Positions 28,977-38,349 of a stretch of DNA of 64,000 nucleotides are shown here, piece after piece. The notes beneath the pieces are model-generated. The model saw nothing but the letters and a program-made list of their open reading frames with translations. It did no database searches and was not told the DNA's origin. Numbering within the stretch: position 1 is the stretch's first letter; each line of letters begins with the position of its first letter. Origin of the DNA: Acholeplasmataceae bacterium (lineage in GTDB: Bacteria > Bacillota_I > Bacilli_A > Acholeplasmatales > Acholeplasmataceae); NCBI GenBank assembly GCA_963675245.1, contig OY775910.1:1184001-1248000 (forward strand), written 5' to 3'. The position numbers were made by a program, and so were the translations under genes.

Positions 28977-29732
28977 CTACAATCAGCAATTCCAAATACC
29001 ATATGGCCAGAAAATCCATCATTTGAAGCATTCACATATCTCTTTAGAGAAACAAGCTTCTTAAAATGGTATTGGAATACTTTACAAATCGCGTTAATTA
29101 ATATGGTTGTTGGTACACTATTAATAACTGGTGCATCTTATGTCTTTGCTCGCTTTAGTTTTAAAGGTAAAAAAGCAGGTTTATTAACCATTCTAGTGTT
29201 ACAAGCATTCCCTTCATTTATGGGACTCATAGCGATGTATGTCTTATTCTGGAAGTTCGGCTTACTTGGTAAGCCAACGGCATTAACGATTCTATATATT
29301 GGTGGTAGTATTCCAGGTAATCTTTGGTTAGTTAAAGGATTCTTAAGTCAAATCCCTAAGGATCTTGATGAATCAGCCATGATTGATGGGGCTAACAAAC
29401 TCCAAATTTTCTTCAAGGTTTTATTACCTCTTGCAGTACCAATCTTAACATTCGTTGCAGTTGGTATGTTCATGGCACCATGGATGGACTATATGCTACC
29501 AGGTTATTTGTTACAATTTGAACCAACTGGTGCACCCACAGATTATGACATCACACAACAGTGGACGTTGGCCGTCGGTATCTTTAAATTCTTAGAGACA
29601 ACTTCTGATAGTCTACACTACTCCGCATTCGCTGCAGCTGTTATATTTGTAGGACTTCCTATTACAGCACTTTATATGACATTCCAGAAATACCTCATCG
29701 AAGGTATTATGGCTGGGGCAACCAAAGGGTAA
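28347..29732 (+). CDS. maltodextrin ABC permease (MalG-like) with duplicated N-terminal module
   Basis: SYVFARFSFKG, LQAFP, EAA motif DLDESAMIDGA, QKYLIEGIMAGATKG. Confidence 0.9.
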   Translation: MLGYIILALYVVSVVLTVNWGTVYDLAQKKGYDGKTYRRISMIPFYGYMKVKALKTKSHITDEEIKHLFSFRMIITRIGFFALLNFLIFLVLIPVSVIFYLGVGNWSLTQLLIIYMAMVILLFHQGIVVEYARKKGYEGLKVGLFGLVPIVSFMYYVRAPKKRNISKAGLKAIFSFGNIISRLAIMMEIVLLAIVVIVPVVYIFGMAFANLQSAIPNTIWPENPSFEAFTYLFRETSFLKWYWNTLQIALINMVVGTLLITGASYVFARFSFKGKKAGLLTILVLQAFPSFMGLIAMYVLFWKFGLLGKPTALTILYIGGSIPGNLWLVKGFLSQIPKDLDESAMIDGANKLQIFFKVLLPLAVPILTFVAVGMFMAPWMDYMLPGYLLQFEPTGAPTDYDITQQWTLAVGIFKFLETTSDSLHYSAFAAAVIFVGLPITALYMTFQKYLIEGIMAGATKG

Positions 29733-29747
29733 TCTATTACCCTTTTT
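29724..29747 (+). terminator. intrinsic terminator
   Basis: AAAGGGTAA-TCTA-TTACCCTTTTT overlapping the stop codon. Confidence 0.75.
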
Positions 29748-29759
29748 GCCATCACATTG

Positions 29760-29815
29760 TGGAAACGTTATGAGAACGTTTTATTAAAACGTTTTCTAAA
29801 GCAACATGATACAAT
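29760..29815 (+). promoter_or_regulatory. glgP promoter with three tandem AACGTT LacI/MalR-type sites
   Basis: AACGTT at 29764, 29775 and 29788; extended -10 TGATACAAT at 29807-29815. Confidence 0.7.
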
Positions 29816-29845
29816 ATGATTGGCATAAAATGAAGGAGTTTGATT

Positions 29846-32230
29846 ATGAAAACAGTATTTGAAAATAAGGCATCATTTATAGATGCTTACACATCATATT
29901 TTAAAAATGAATTAGGTACAACGTTAGAAAAGTCATCAATCTATGAACGTTACACTGCGCTTGCAGCGCTTCTAAATAAAGAACTTGATGAAAAACTAGC
30001 ACACACCGAAAACTACATGAAAGAAAACAATCTCAAGAAAACCATTTATTTTTCCATGGAATTTTTGATGGGAAGACTCATTTCCAACAATTTACAAAAC
30101 AGCAATCATTGTCAAGTCGTGATGGCTGCATTTGAAGAATTAGGGATTGATTTAAATGAAGTTGAACATGCAGAAGCTGATGCGGGACTTGGCAACGGTG
30201 GATTAGGTCGACTCGCTGCATGTTTCTTAGACTCAGCAGCATCAATGGGATTACCACTTTATGGAAATAGTCTACGTTATCAACATGGTTTCTTTAAACA
30301 AGAACTCGTCAATCATAAGCAAGTTGAAAAAGCTGAACGTTGGTTAGATCAACCCTTTATTTGGGAAACAAAACATCCGGAAGAAGCGATTGACATTCCG
30401 TTTTTTGGATTTGTTGATTATACAACATTAAAACACCCAACATGGGTTAAAGCTGTCCCATATGATGTTAAAGTTGTTGGTGATAGTAATGATATTGTAA
30501 CCACATTGAGATTATGGGCAACTGAACCATCTGATCTTCAAAAGATTCAGGATGAAGGGTACTTAAATTTAGTCGCTAGAATCGATAATCAGTTATATCC
30601 TGATGATTCAACGGTTGATGGAAAAACGTTACGATTGCAGCAACAATATCTCTTTAGTGCAGCAGGAATTCAACATGCTCTTCGTGAGCATAAAGCGCAA
30701 GGTAGAGATATTAGAGCGCTTGCTGATTACTACACATTCCAAATTAATGACACACATCCAACATTAATTATTCCTGAACTCATGAGAATACTGATGGATG
30801 TCGAAGGTTTAGGGTATGATGAAGCATGGCATATCGTCACACGTTCTGTGGCGTTTACGAACCACACCATCTTATCAGAAGCACTCGAAAAATGGGATAT
30901 TGGAATTTTTAGACGCGTCCTTCCAAGAATCTTTACGATTGTTAAGGAAATGGATCGTCGTTTCCATGAAATACTTGTTACGAATGGTAGATACAACAAC
31001 GAACAAATTTATTTAATGGGTCTTGTTGGTAACCATCATATTAGAATGGCACATATTTGTATTTATGGTGCATTTAGTATTAATGGTGTTGCTGAACTAC
31101 ATACTGAGATTTTGAAGCATAATGAAATGCATAATTTTTATCAATTATATCCAAATAAATTTAATAATAAAACAAATGGTATAACACATCGTAGATGGCT
31201 CATTCATACCAATCACGAACTGATTAAAATCTTAGATGATAAAATTGGTACAGCTTGGCGAAAAGACTTAACAAAACTTGAAGATTTTGACAAGTTTGCT
31301 GATGATCCAGAAACGCAACAAGCGATTTTTGAGATGAAACAAGCGAAGAAAAAAGCGTTAGCTGATAAAATCTTTAAAGATCGTGGTGTTTACTTAGATA
31401 CAAACATGATATTTGATATTCAAGCAAAACGTCTTCATGAATATAAACGTCAAGTGATGAATATACTTCATATCATCTATGTTTATCAAAGATTAAAAGA
31501 GGATGTAGAATTTAAAAAGAATTATCATCCACACGCCTTTATATTTGGTGCAAAATCAGCACCATCATATCATATGGCTAAAGCGATTATTGAACTGATT
31601 GATACCGCTGCTGAAGTCATTAATAATGATCCGGAAACCAAAGATTTACTTAAAGTTGTATTTGTTACTAACTATAATGTCACTTATGCAGAATATATTA
31701 TGCCAGCTGCAGACTTATCTGAACAAATTTCAACAGCGACAAAAGAAGCGTCGGGTACCGGAAACATGAAGTTCATGATGAATGGCGCAATCACCATCGG
31801 TACGATGGATGGTGCGAACGTTGAAATTGTGAAAGAAGCAGGTATTGATAATGAAATCATTTTTGGTATGACTGCTGATGAAGTGATGGAACACTATCGC
31901 CACAACGGTTATCGTCCAAGAGATATCTTTGATAATGATCCAAGATTACAAGACGTATTTAGATTTATTCGTCACTTAAATCCAAATCCAGGTTATTTTG
32001 ATTTTATTATGCAGGCATTACTCAATCATGATCCATTCTTGGTCATGAAAGATTTTGCAAGTTATGTGGAAGCACATGAACGTGCCAATGAAGCCTATAA
32101 GGATCAAAAAGGTTGGTTACACAAGTCGATTATGAATATCGCACATTCAGGTTATTTCACATCTGATCGTACGATTAAAAGCTATAACGATGAGATTTGG
32201 CATCTCACCCCAATAACGTTCAATAAATAG
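29846..32230 (+). CDS. glgP: glycogen/maltodextrin phosphorylase (GT35)
   Basis: GLGNGGLGRLAACFLDS, QINDTHP, KRLHEYKRQ, PLP site EASGTGNMKFMMNG; start ATG 29846. Confidence 0.97.
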   Translation: MKTVFENKASFIDAYTSYFKNELGTTLEKSSIYERYTALAALLNKELDEKLAHTENYMKENNLKKTIYFSMEFLMGRLISNNLQNSNHCQVVMAAFEELGIDLNEVEHAEADAGLGNGGLGRLAACFLDSAASMGLPLYGNSLRYQHGFFKQELVNHKQVEKAERWLDQPFIWETKHPEEAIDIPFFGFVDYTTLKHPTWVKAVPYDVKVVGDSNDIVTTLRLWATEPSDLQKIQDEGYLNLVARIDNQLYPDDSTVDGKTLRLQQQYLFSAAGIQHALREHKAQGRDIRALADYYTFQINDTHPTLIIPELMRILMDVEGLGYDEAWHIVTRSVAFTNHTILSEALEKWDIGIFRRVLPRIFTIVKEMDRRFHEILVTNGRYNNEQIYLMGLVGNHHIRMAHICIYGAFSINGVAELHTEILKHNEMHNFYQLYPNKFNNKTNGITHRRWLIHTNHELIKILDDKIGTAWRKDLTKLEDFDKFADDPETQQAIFEMKQAKKKALADKIFKDRGVYLDTNMIFDIQAKRLHEYKRQVMNILHIIYVYQRLKEDVEFKKNYHPHAFIFGAKSAPSYHMAKAIIELIDTAAEVINNDPETKDLLKVVFVTNYNVTYAEYIMPAADLSEQISTATKEASGTGNMKFMMNGAITIGTMDGANVEIVKEAGIDNEIIFGMTADEVMEHYRHNGYRPRDIFDNDPRLQDVFRFIRHLNPNPGYFDFIMQALLNHDPFLVMKDFASYVEAHERANEAYKDQKGWLHKSIMNIAHSGYFTSDRTIKSYNDEIWHLTPITFNK

Positions 32231-32242
32231 GAAGTGATTCAT

Positions 32243-33535
32243 ATGGCGAAGCACACACCTATATCGCTTCGTAATTACACGTTTTACCAAGTATTTCCAA
32301 GACAGCATTCTAACACACAAGATTTTAAAGGTGTGATCAATGATTTAGATCGCATTAAATCATTAGGTGTTGATGTTCTTTATCTATTGCCAATTCATCC
32401 TATTGGAAAAAAGATGCGTAAAGGCTCTAAGGGGAGCCCTTACGCTGTTTTTGATTACTATGAAATTGATGAAGCTTATGGCACGTTAGCTGATTTTGAT
32501 CATTTAATAGAAGAGGCTCATAAGCGCGATTTAAAGGTCATGATTGATATCGTGATTAATCACACCGCTAAAGATTCTGTGCTCACAATAAAACATCCAG
32601 ATTGGTTTTATCATAAAGATAATGGTGACTTCGCCAATCGTGTAGGTGATTGGAGCGATATCACTGATCTTCATTATGATAATCATGCTGTTTGGGATTA
32701 TATGATCAATATGCTCAGTTATTGGGCAAAACATGTTGACGGATTTAGATGTGATGTAGCACCATTAATTCCGATTGATTTTTGGATGACAGCACGACAA
32801 AGAATTGATCAAATTAATCCAAATCTTATTTGGTTATCTGAATCAGTTCATCCTTCATTTATTAAATATTTAAGAGATTTAGGTTATGATTGTTCAACAG
32901 ACTCACAAATCTATCAAGCGTTTGACATCGCGTATGATTATGATATTTTTGAGCATATGGAAAACTATTTAAAAGACCCATCAAAGTTATCTATATGGAT
33001 GGAAGAAATATATCGTCAAGAAACAATGTATCCTAAAAACTATGTGAAACTCAGAAGTTTTGAAAATCATGATCAAGAAAGATTACACCACCGCACGAGA
33101 GATGATGATCATTTTAACATGATGGTTGCATTATCATTTTTCCTAAAAGGGGCAGGTTTTATTTATGCAGGTCAAGAACATATGGTTGATAAAAGACCAG
33201 ATTTATTTGAAGATGATTTAGTTAAATGGAATAAAAATCGCTCTATTGAGACATTTATCCAAAAACTAACAAACATAAAAAAAGATCCAATGTTCATGTC
33301 AGCTAACTTTCACTTGCACGATCATAAGACATCTGTCGTCTTATCATATGAACATGAAAAGAGTGCTTTAGTCGGCATTTTCAATTTGGAAAACGATGAC
33401 TCAATACGCGTACCTTTAGTAGATGGTACTTATAAAAATATAATAGACCAGCAAGAGATTGTTGTTAAAGAAGGCATAACGCCAGGTTTGAATAAACCGA
33501 TAATGATTAAAACAAATAAGGATAATTACAAATGA
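32243..33535 (+). CDS. cytoplasmic alpha-amylase family protein (GH13)
   Basis: GSPYA..DY, DIVINHT, DGFRCDVA, LSES, ENHD; no signal peptide; start ATG 32243. Confidence 0.9.
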   Translation: MAKHTPISLRNYTFYQVFPRQHSNTQDFKGVINDLDRIKSLGVDVLYLLPIHPIGKKMRKGSKGSPYAVFDYYEIDEAYGTLADFDHLIEEAHKRDLKVMIDIVINHTAKDSVLTIKHPDWFYHKDNGDFANRVGDWSDITDLHYDNHAVWDYMINMLSYWAKHVDGFRCDVAPLIPIDFWMTARQRIDQINPNLIWLSESVHPSFIKYLRDLGYDCSTDSQIYQAFDIAYDYDIFEHMENYLKDPSKLSIWMEEIYRQETMYPKNYVKLRSFENHDQERLHHRTRDDDHFNMMVALSFFLKGAGFIYAGQEHMVDKRPDLFEDDLVKWNKNRSIETFIQKLTNIKKDPMFMSANFHLHDHKTSVVLSYEHEKSALVGIFNLENDDSIRVPLVDGTYKNIIDQQEIVVKEGITPGLNKPIMIKTNKDNYK

Positions 33536-35490
33536 AGGCTTTCATAGATGAACTACGCGTCATACGCATTGAAACAGATCAATATATCACACATATTAGT
33601 GCAGGTGATTTAATTCTATCATGGGTGAAAAACGACAACGGTAATCAATATTTTAAAACAGATAAAGATATTGATATTCATGAGATTGAATCAATCAATG
33701 TCGATGGACAAACAATTCATTTGCATATCGGGCTTGTTACACTCACGGATGCGTTCGATAAAAAATATCAATACGATGGACCACTTGGTGTATTTTACAC
33801 CCATTTTTACACTGATTTTTATTTGTTTACACCTGTGGCTCGAGAAGTCAATTTAGTCATCGGTAATAAAACATATCCGACACTTTATCAAGATGGTGTC
33901 CGTTATGTACGCATTCATGGTGATTTAGAAGGCAAAAGATATTATTATCGTGTTAGACTTGAAGAGACATGGTATAACGTCAAAGATCCATATGCTAATG
34001 CACAAGGATTAGCCGGTAATTATATCATTGATTGGGATAAGACCATTCAAAGTCCAAAAACACCTATTAAATTAAAAAAATATGTGGACGCTGTTATATA
34101 TGAAGGTCATGTCAGAGATATGACAGTTAACTTAGACGTTGAACATAAAGGCACATTTAATGGTTTATATGATCATAGTAAACACCTAAATATGCGCGTC
34201 ATTGATTATGTCAAACATTTGGGGATCACTCATTTACAATTATTACCAGTCTATGATTTCGAATTAGTCGATGAACTAAAGAAAAATAAACGATACAATT
34301 GGGGATATAATCCAAGTCAATATTTTTGTCTTGAAGGTTGGTATGCCGTTGATCCACAAGATCCATATGACCGAATTAACGCGTTTAAAACACTGATTAA
34401 TGAAGCACACCAGATTGGACTAGGTATCAATATGGATGTCGTTTATAATCATGTCTTCAACAATCATACATTCCCTTATGACTATTTAGTACCTGGGTAT
34501 TTTTATCGTCACGATGAAAATCACAAAATGACAGATAGTTCTTATTGTGGTAATGATTTAGAAACAAGACATTATATGGTTAGAAGACTGATTAAAGATA
34601 GTCTTATACAATGGGCAGATGTTTTTAAAGTAGATGGTTTTAGGTTCGATCTTATGGGATTGATGGATGTTAAAACCATGAAAGATATTGAAGTAGCTTT
34701 AAAGAAAATTAATCCAAGTGTCATGCTTTATGGTGAAGGTTGGAATATGGATAACGCCATGAAACCTAATGAGCGTGCCAATCAACATAATCAAAGCAAG
34801 TTTAAGACATACGCTCATTTCAATGATTTTTTTAGAAATACCTTAAAAGGAGAACTCCATAGCCCACAACCTGGCTTTTCAATGGGTAACCACCGCTTAA
34901 TACAACGTGCAATGACAGGTTTGATTGGTAGTCCTCATATGTTTTCATCACCAACACAATCTATTAACTATGTGGAATGTCATGATAATTTAACGTATTA
35001 TGATGCCGAAGTATTAAAAGGTTTTCAAGTCACAGATTTAAAAGTGTCTGCGGATCTCGCAATGCATATGATCGCGATATCACAAGGTATTCCTTTTTAT
35101 CACGCGGGTCAAGAATTCTATCGTACAAAAAAAGGTGTGGAGAATTCATTTGAATCACCAGATGAGATTAATCAAATCATTTGGCGAGATAAAGAAGAAG
35201 CTGTTACAAAATTAAAAAAACTCTTAAAAATCAGAAAGCGATTTGGTTTATATCGTTTAGCAAGTTATAATGAAGAGAAAGTCTCTGTGAAAAAAGAAGG
35301 TAAACTCATCGTTTACACTTTACAAGATGATAAAAACATGCTTATTCACTATATTAAGAACTATTTTGGTCTTGAAAGCTTACCATTAAATCAAGGTAAA
35401 CTCATATTTCCTTCTCAAAAAGCACTAACTGAGGAAAGACACATCTATGTCGATCAACCTGGGATTTACATCGTTCACATTAAGAAGTAG
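33532..35490 (+). CDS. cytoplasmic type I pullulanase / glycogen debranching enzyme (AmyX-like)
   Basis: IYEGHVRD, YNWGYNP, FRFDLMG, YGEGW, YVECHDN; no signal peptide. Confidence 0.92.
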   Translation: MKAFIDELRVIRIETDQYITHISAGDLILSWVKNDNGNQYFKTDKDIDIHEIESINVDGQTIHLHIGLVTLTDAFDKKYQYDGPLGVFYTHFYTDFYLFTPVAREVNLVIGNKTYPTLYQDGVRYVRIHGDLEGKRYYYRVRLEETWYNVKDPYANAQGLAGNYIIDWDKTIQSPKTPIKLKKYVDAVIYEGHVRDMTVNLDVEHKGTFNGLYDHSKHLNMRVIDYVKHLGITHLQLLPVYDFELVDELKKNKRYNWGYNPSQYFCLEGWYAVDPQDPYDRINAFKTLINEAHQIGLGINMDVVYNHVFNNHTFPYDYLVPGYFYRHDENHKMTDSSYCGNDLETRHYMVRRLIKDSLIQWADVFKVDGFRFDLMGLMDVKTMKDIEVALKKINPSVMLYGEGWNMDNAMKPNERANQHNQSKFKTYAHFNDFFRNTLKGELHSPQPGFSMGNHRLIQRAMTGLIGSPHMFSSPTQSINYVECHDNLTYYDAEVLKGFQVTDLKVSADLAMHMIAISQGIPFYHAGQEFYRTKKGVENSFESPDEINQIIWRDKEEAVTKLKKLLKIRKRFGLYRLASYNEEKVSVKKEGKLIVYTLQDDKNMLIHYIKNYFGLESLPLNQGKLIFPSQKALTEERHIYVDQPGIYIVHIKK

Positions 35491-35502
35491 TGGGGTATAA
35501 TT

Positions 35503-37350
35503 ATGCGCATGATGAATGATCATGACATCCAAGCATTTTTAAATGGTAATAGCGATAACGCGCACCTGTTTTTAGGTGCGCATTTAATTAAAAATAATCT
35601 AAATGACGTCATCGCTACTGAATTTAGTGTGTATGCGCCACACGCAAAAGAAGTTAGATTAGTGAGTGATTTCAATGGTTATGAAGGATGGAAGCATGTC
35701 TTAACAAAAGTGCATCCACTTGGCTTTTATCGGATTGAAATACCAGGTAATTATGAATGGGCAACCTACAAATATGAAATTCATACACATCATGGCGATG
35801 TTTTGTATAAAGCAGATCCATTTGCTTACTTCGCAGAAGAAAGACCTGCGACTGGTAGTAAGGTTTATCATATAGATGGTTATTTGTGGCACGATCAAAA
35901 GTGGTATTATGAAAAGAAAAAACCTTATCAAGAACCTCTTTTAATTTATGAAGTACATCTTGGTTCATGGCGTCGTAAATATGGCATGTTTAAAAAATAC
36001 AATGACATTGTCGATGAACTGGCTGATTACGTGATATCACATGGATTTACGCATGTCGAATTATTGCCGATTTATGAATATCCATTAGATGATTCATGGG
36101 GTTACCAAGGTACTGGGTTCTTCGCTGCGACATCTCGTTATGGTGTACCACAAGACTTTATGTATTTCGTTGATAAAATGCATGAAAAAGGTATTGGTGT
36201 CATTATGGATTGGGTATTAGGCCATATCTGTAAAGATGCTCATGGCATATCCTATTTTGATGGCTCACCACTTTATGAATTTGAGGATCAAAAGCGAAGA
36301 GAGAATGTTGTTTGGGGAACCAATAATTTAGATTTTTCTAAAGGTATCACGAAAAGTTTTATGCGTTCAGCGTTAACTTTTTGGATGGATTATTATCATA
36401 TTGATGGTTTTAGAATTGATGCTGTATCGAATTTGATCTATTATTTAGGAGATTCAAACATTGGTGAAAACAAGGACGCGATAAATTACTTAAGAGCATT
36501 ATCTGCTCATTTATTTGCTAAAGATGATCGTGTTTTATTTATGGCAGAAGATTCCACTGCTTATCCTAAAGTGACACATCCTGTTGATACAGGTGGCATT
36601 GGATTCAATTATAAATGGAACATGGGATTCATGAATGATGTTTTAAAGTATTTTAAAGAGGATGCAATTTATAGAAAATATCATCATGACAACATCACTT
36701 TTGGTTTAGTCTACGCATTTAATGAACAGTTCATTCTGCCTTTTTCACATGATGAAGTCGTTCATATGAAAGGTAGTTTAGTCTCAAGAATGCCTGGTGA
36801 TTATTTTCAACAATTAGCCAACTGGCGATTACTCATGACGTTATGGATGACACACCCAGGTAAAAAACTATTATTTATGGGTGGCGAGTTTGCACAATTT
36901 AGTGAATGGGCTTTTAAAAGCGAATTAGATTGGCATTTACTTAACTATTCAGCACACCAAAAAGCGAATCGATTCTTTAAAGATTTAGCACTTGTTTATC
37001 GGCACCATGAAGCCTTATTCAGTAAAGATCATATGCCTGAAGGTTTTAAATGGTTAGTGCCTGATGATAAGAATCAAAGTGTGTTCGCGTATGCCAGATT
37101 TGGATATGATGAAACACTCGTTATCATTTTAAATATGACACCAAATGTACATGAATTTTATGATATACCCGTACCACAATATGGCTATTATGAAGAAATA
37201 TTAAACAGTGACAAAGCAATCTATTTCGGATCAGATCAATATAATGGAAAGACATTAAGAGCAATTAAAGGTGACAGATTAGGATTTAAACATTATATTA
37301 GACCAAAATTAGGACCTTTATCAGCGATGATTTTAACATTAAAAAAATGA
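35503..37350 (+). CDS. glgB: 1,4-alpha-glucan branching enzyme
   Basis: IYEVHLGSW, SWGYQ, DGFRIDAVS, AEDST, LPFSHDEVVH.KGS, HPGKKLLFMG. Confidence 0.96.
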   Translation: MRMMNDHDIQAFLNGNSDNAHLFLGAHLIKNNLNDVIATEFSVYAPHAKEVRLVSDFNGYEGWKHVLTKVHPLGFYRIEIPGNYEWATYKYEIHTHHGDVLYKADPFAYFAEERPATGSKVYHIDGYLWHDQKWYYEKKKPYQEPLLIYEVHLGSWRRKYGMFKKYNDIVDELADYVISHGFTHVELLPIYEYPLDDSWGYQGTGFFAATSRYGVPQDFMYFVDKMHEKGIGVIMDWVLGHICKDAHGISYFDGSPLYEFEDQKRRENVVWGTNNLDFSKGITKSFMRSALTFWMDYYHIDGFRIDAVSNLIYYLGDSNIGENKDAINYLRALSAHLFAKDDRVLFMAEDSTAYPKVTHPVDTGGIGFNYKWNMGFMNDVLKYFKEDAIYRKYHHDNITFGLVYAFNEQFILPFSHDEVVHMKGSLVSRMPGDYFQQLANWRLLMTLWMTHPGKKLLFMGGEFAQFSEWAFKSELDWHLLNYSAHQKANRFFKDLALVYRHHEALFSKDHMPEGFKWLVPDDKNQSVFAYARFGYDETLVIILNMTPNVHEFYDIPVPQYGYYEEILNSDKAIYFGSDQYNGKTLRAIKGDRLGFKHYIRPKLGPLSAMILTLKK

Positions 37351-37376
37351 CCAAGGTAATTCACCTTGGTCTTTTC
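37341..37376. terminator. bidirectional terminator
   Basis: GACCAAGGT-AATTC-ACCTTGGTC flanked by A- and T-tracts between convergent glgB and the LacI gene. Confidence 0.85.
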
Positions 37377-37377
37377 A

Positions 37378-38349
37378 TTATTTGGTTGATGATCTTTCTA
37401 TGAGTTTTACATCGACAATATCATGAAGTGGATCTAGTTCTAAACCATTCATGAGTTTGGTAAGATTAATAAGTGATTGTTTACCCATAAATTTAATTGA
37501 TTGATGGATGGTTGTAATAGGTGGTGTGACCCATTTCGCAAAAGGGGTATCATCATATCCGATTAAAGACACATCATGTGGTACTTTTTTACCTAACTTT
37601 TGTAAGGTATGAAGTGTTGAAAGTGCAAGTGTATCAGTGAATGCAATAATCCCATCAACTTGTGGACTATTGGTAATGACGTCTTCCATCATTTTTGTAT
37701 CTGGATTTAATAAATCAAAATCATACATATTCGCAAATATATTATTTTGTTTTAGAACATTTAATACACCGATGGTGCGTTCCATTGTTGTTAAAAGAAA
37801 TGAAGGACCTCTAAAGAGAAGTATCTTTTTCGCGCCTGCTTTAACTAAACGATTCGCAGCAAGTTCTCCACCTTTAATATTATCTGATGTGATGGATGGA
37901 ATATTTTCATCTAAAATATGATCAACGGTAATGGTGGGGATCTTTAATTCAAGTAAGCGATCTTTACTGGTAAAGTTGGAAGCGACAATTAAACCTTCGA
38001 TATTATATTGTTCAAAGAATTTCAAATATTCTATTTCACGTTCTGGGTCATCTTGTGTGTGACAGAACATGATTTTATAACCGTTGGTTGCGGCTTGTGA
38101 TTCGATTCCTTCTAAGAGTTCACCATAAAATGATGGTCCAATATGGGGGACGATAACACCTACAATTTTTGAACTATGACTTGTTAAACTTCTCGCTAAT
38201 TGATTAGGAATAAAGCCAAGTTCTTCGATCGTTTGATTAACTAGTATTTTCGTTTCTTCATGGACGTAACCTTTTTGATTAATCACACGAGAAACAGTTG
38301 ATACACTGACATTGGCTTTTTTAGCCACATCTCTAATGGTAGGTTTCAT
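37378..38349 (-). CDS. LacI family transcriptional regulator (probable starch/maltodextrin locus regulator)
   Basis: TIRDVAKKANVSVSTVSRVIN, PNQLARSL, VP.DVSLIGYDD. Confidence 0.94.
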   Translation of the reverse strand: MKPTIRDVAKKANVSVSTVSRVINQKGYVHEETKILVNQTIEELGFIPNQLARSLTSHSSKIVGVIVPHIGPSFYGELLEGIESQAATNGYKIMFCHTQDDPEREIEYLKFFEQYNIEGLIVASNFTSKDRLLELKIPTITVDHILDENIPSITSDNIKGGELAANRLVKAGAKKILLFRGPSFLLTTMERTIGVLNVLKQNNIFANMYDFDLLNPDTKMMEDVITNSPQVDGIIAFTDTLALSTLHTLQKLGKKVPHDVSLIGYDDTPFAKWVTPPITTIHQSIKFMGKQSLINLTKLMNGLELDPLHDIVDVKLIERSSTK

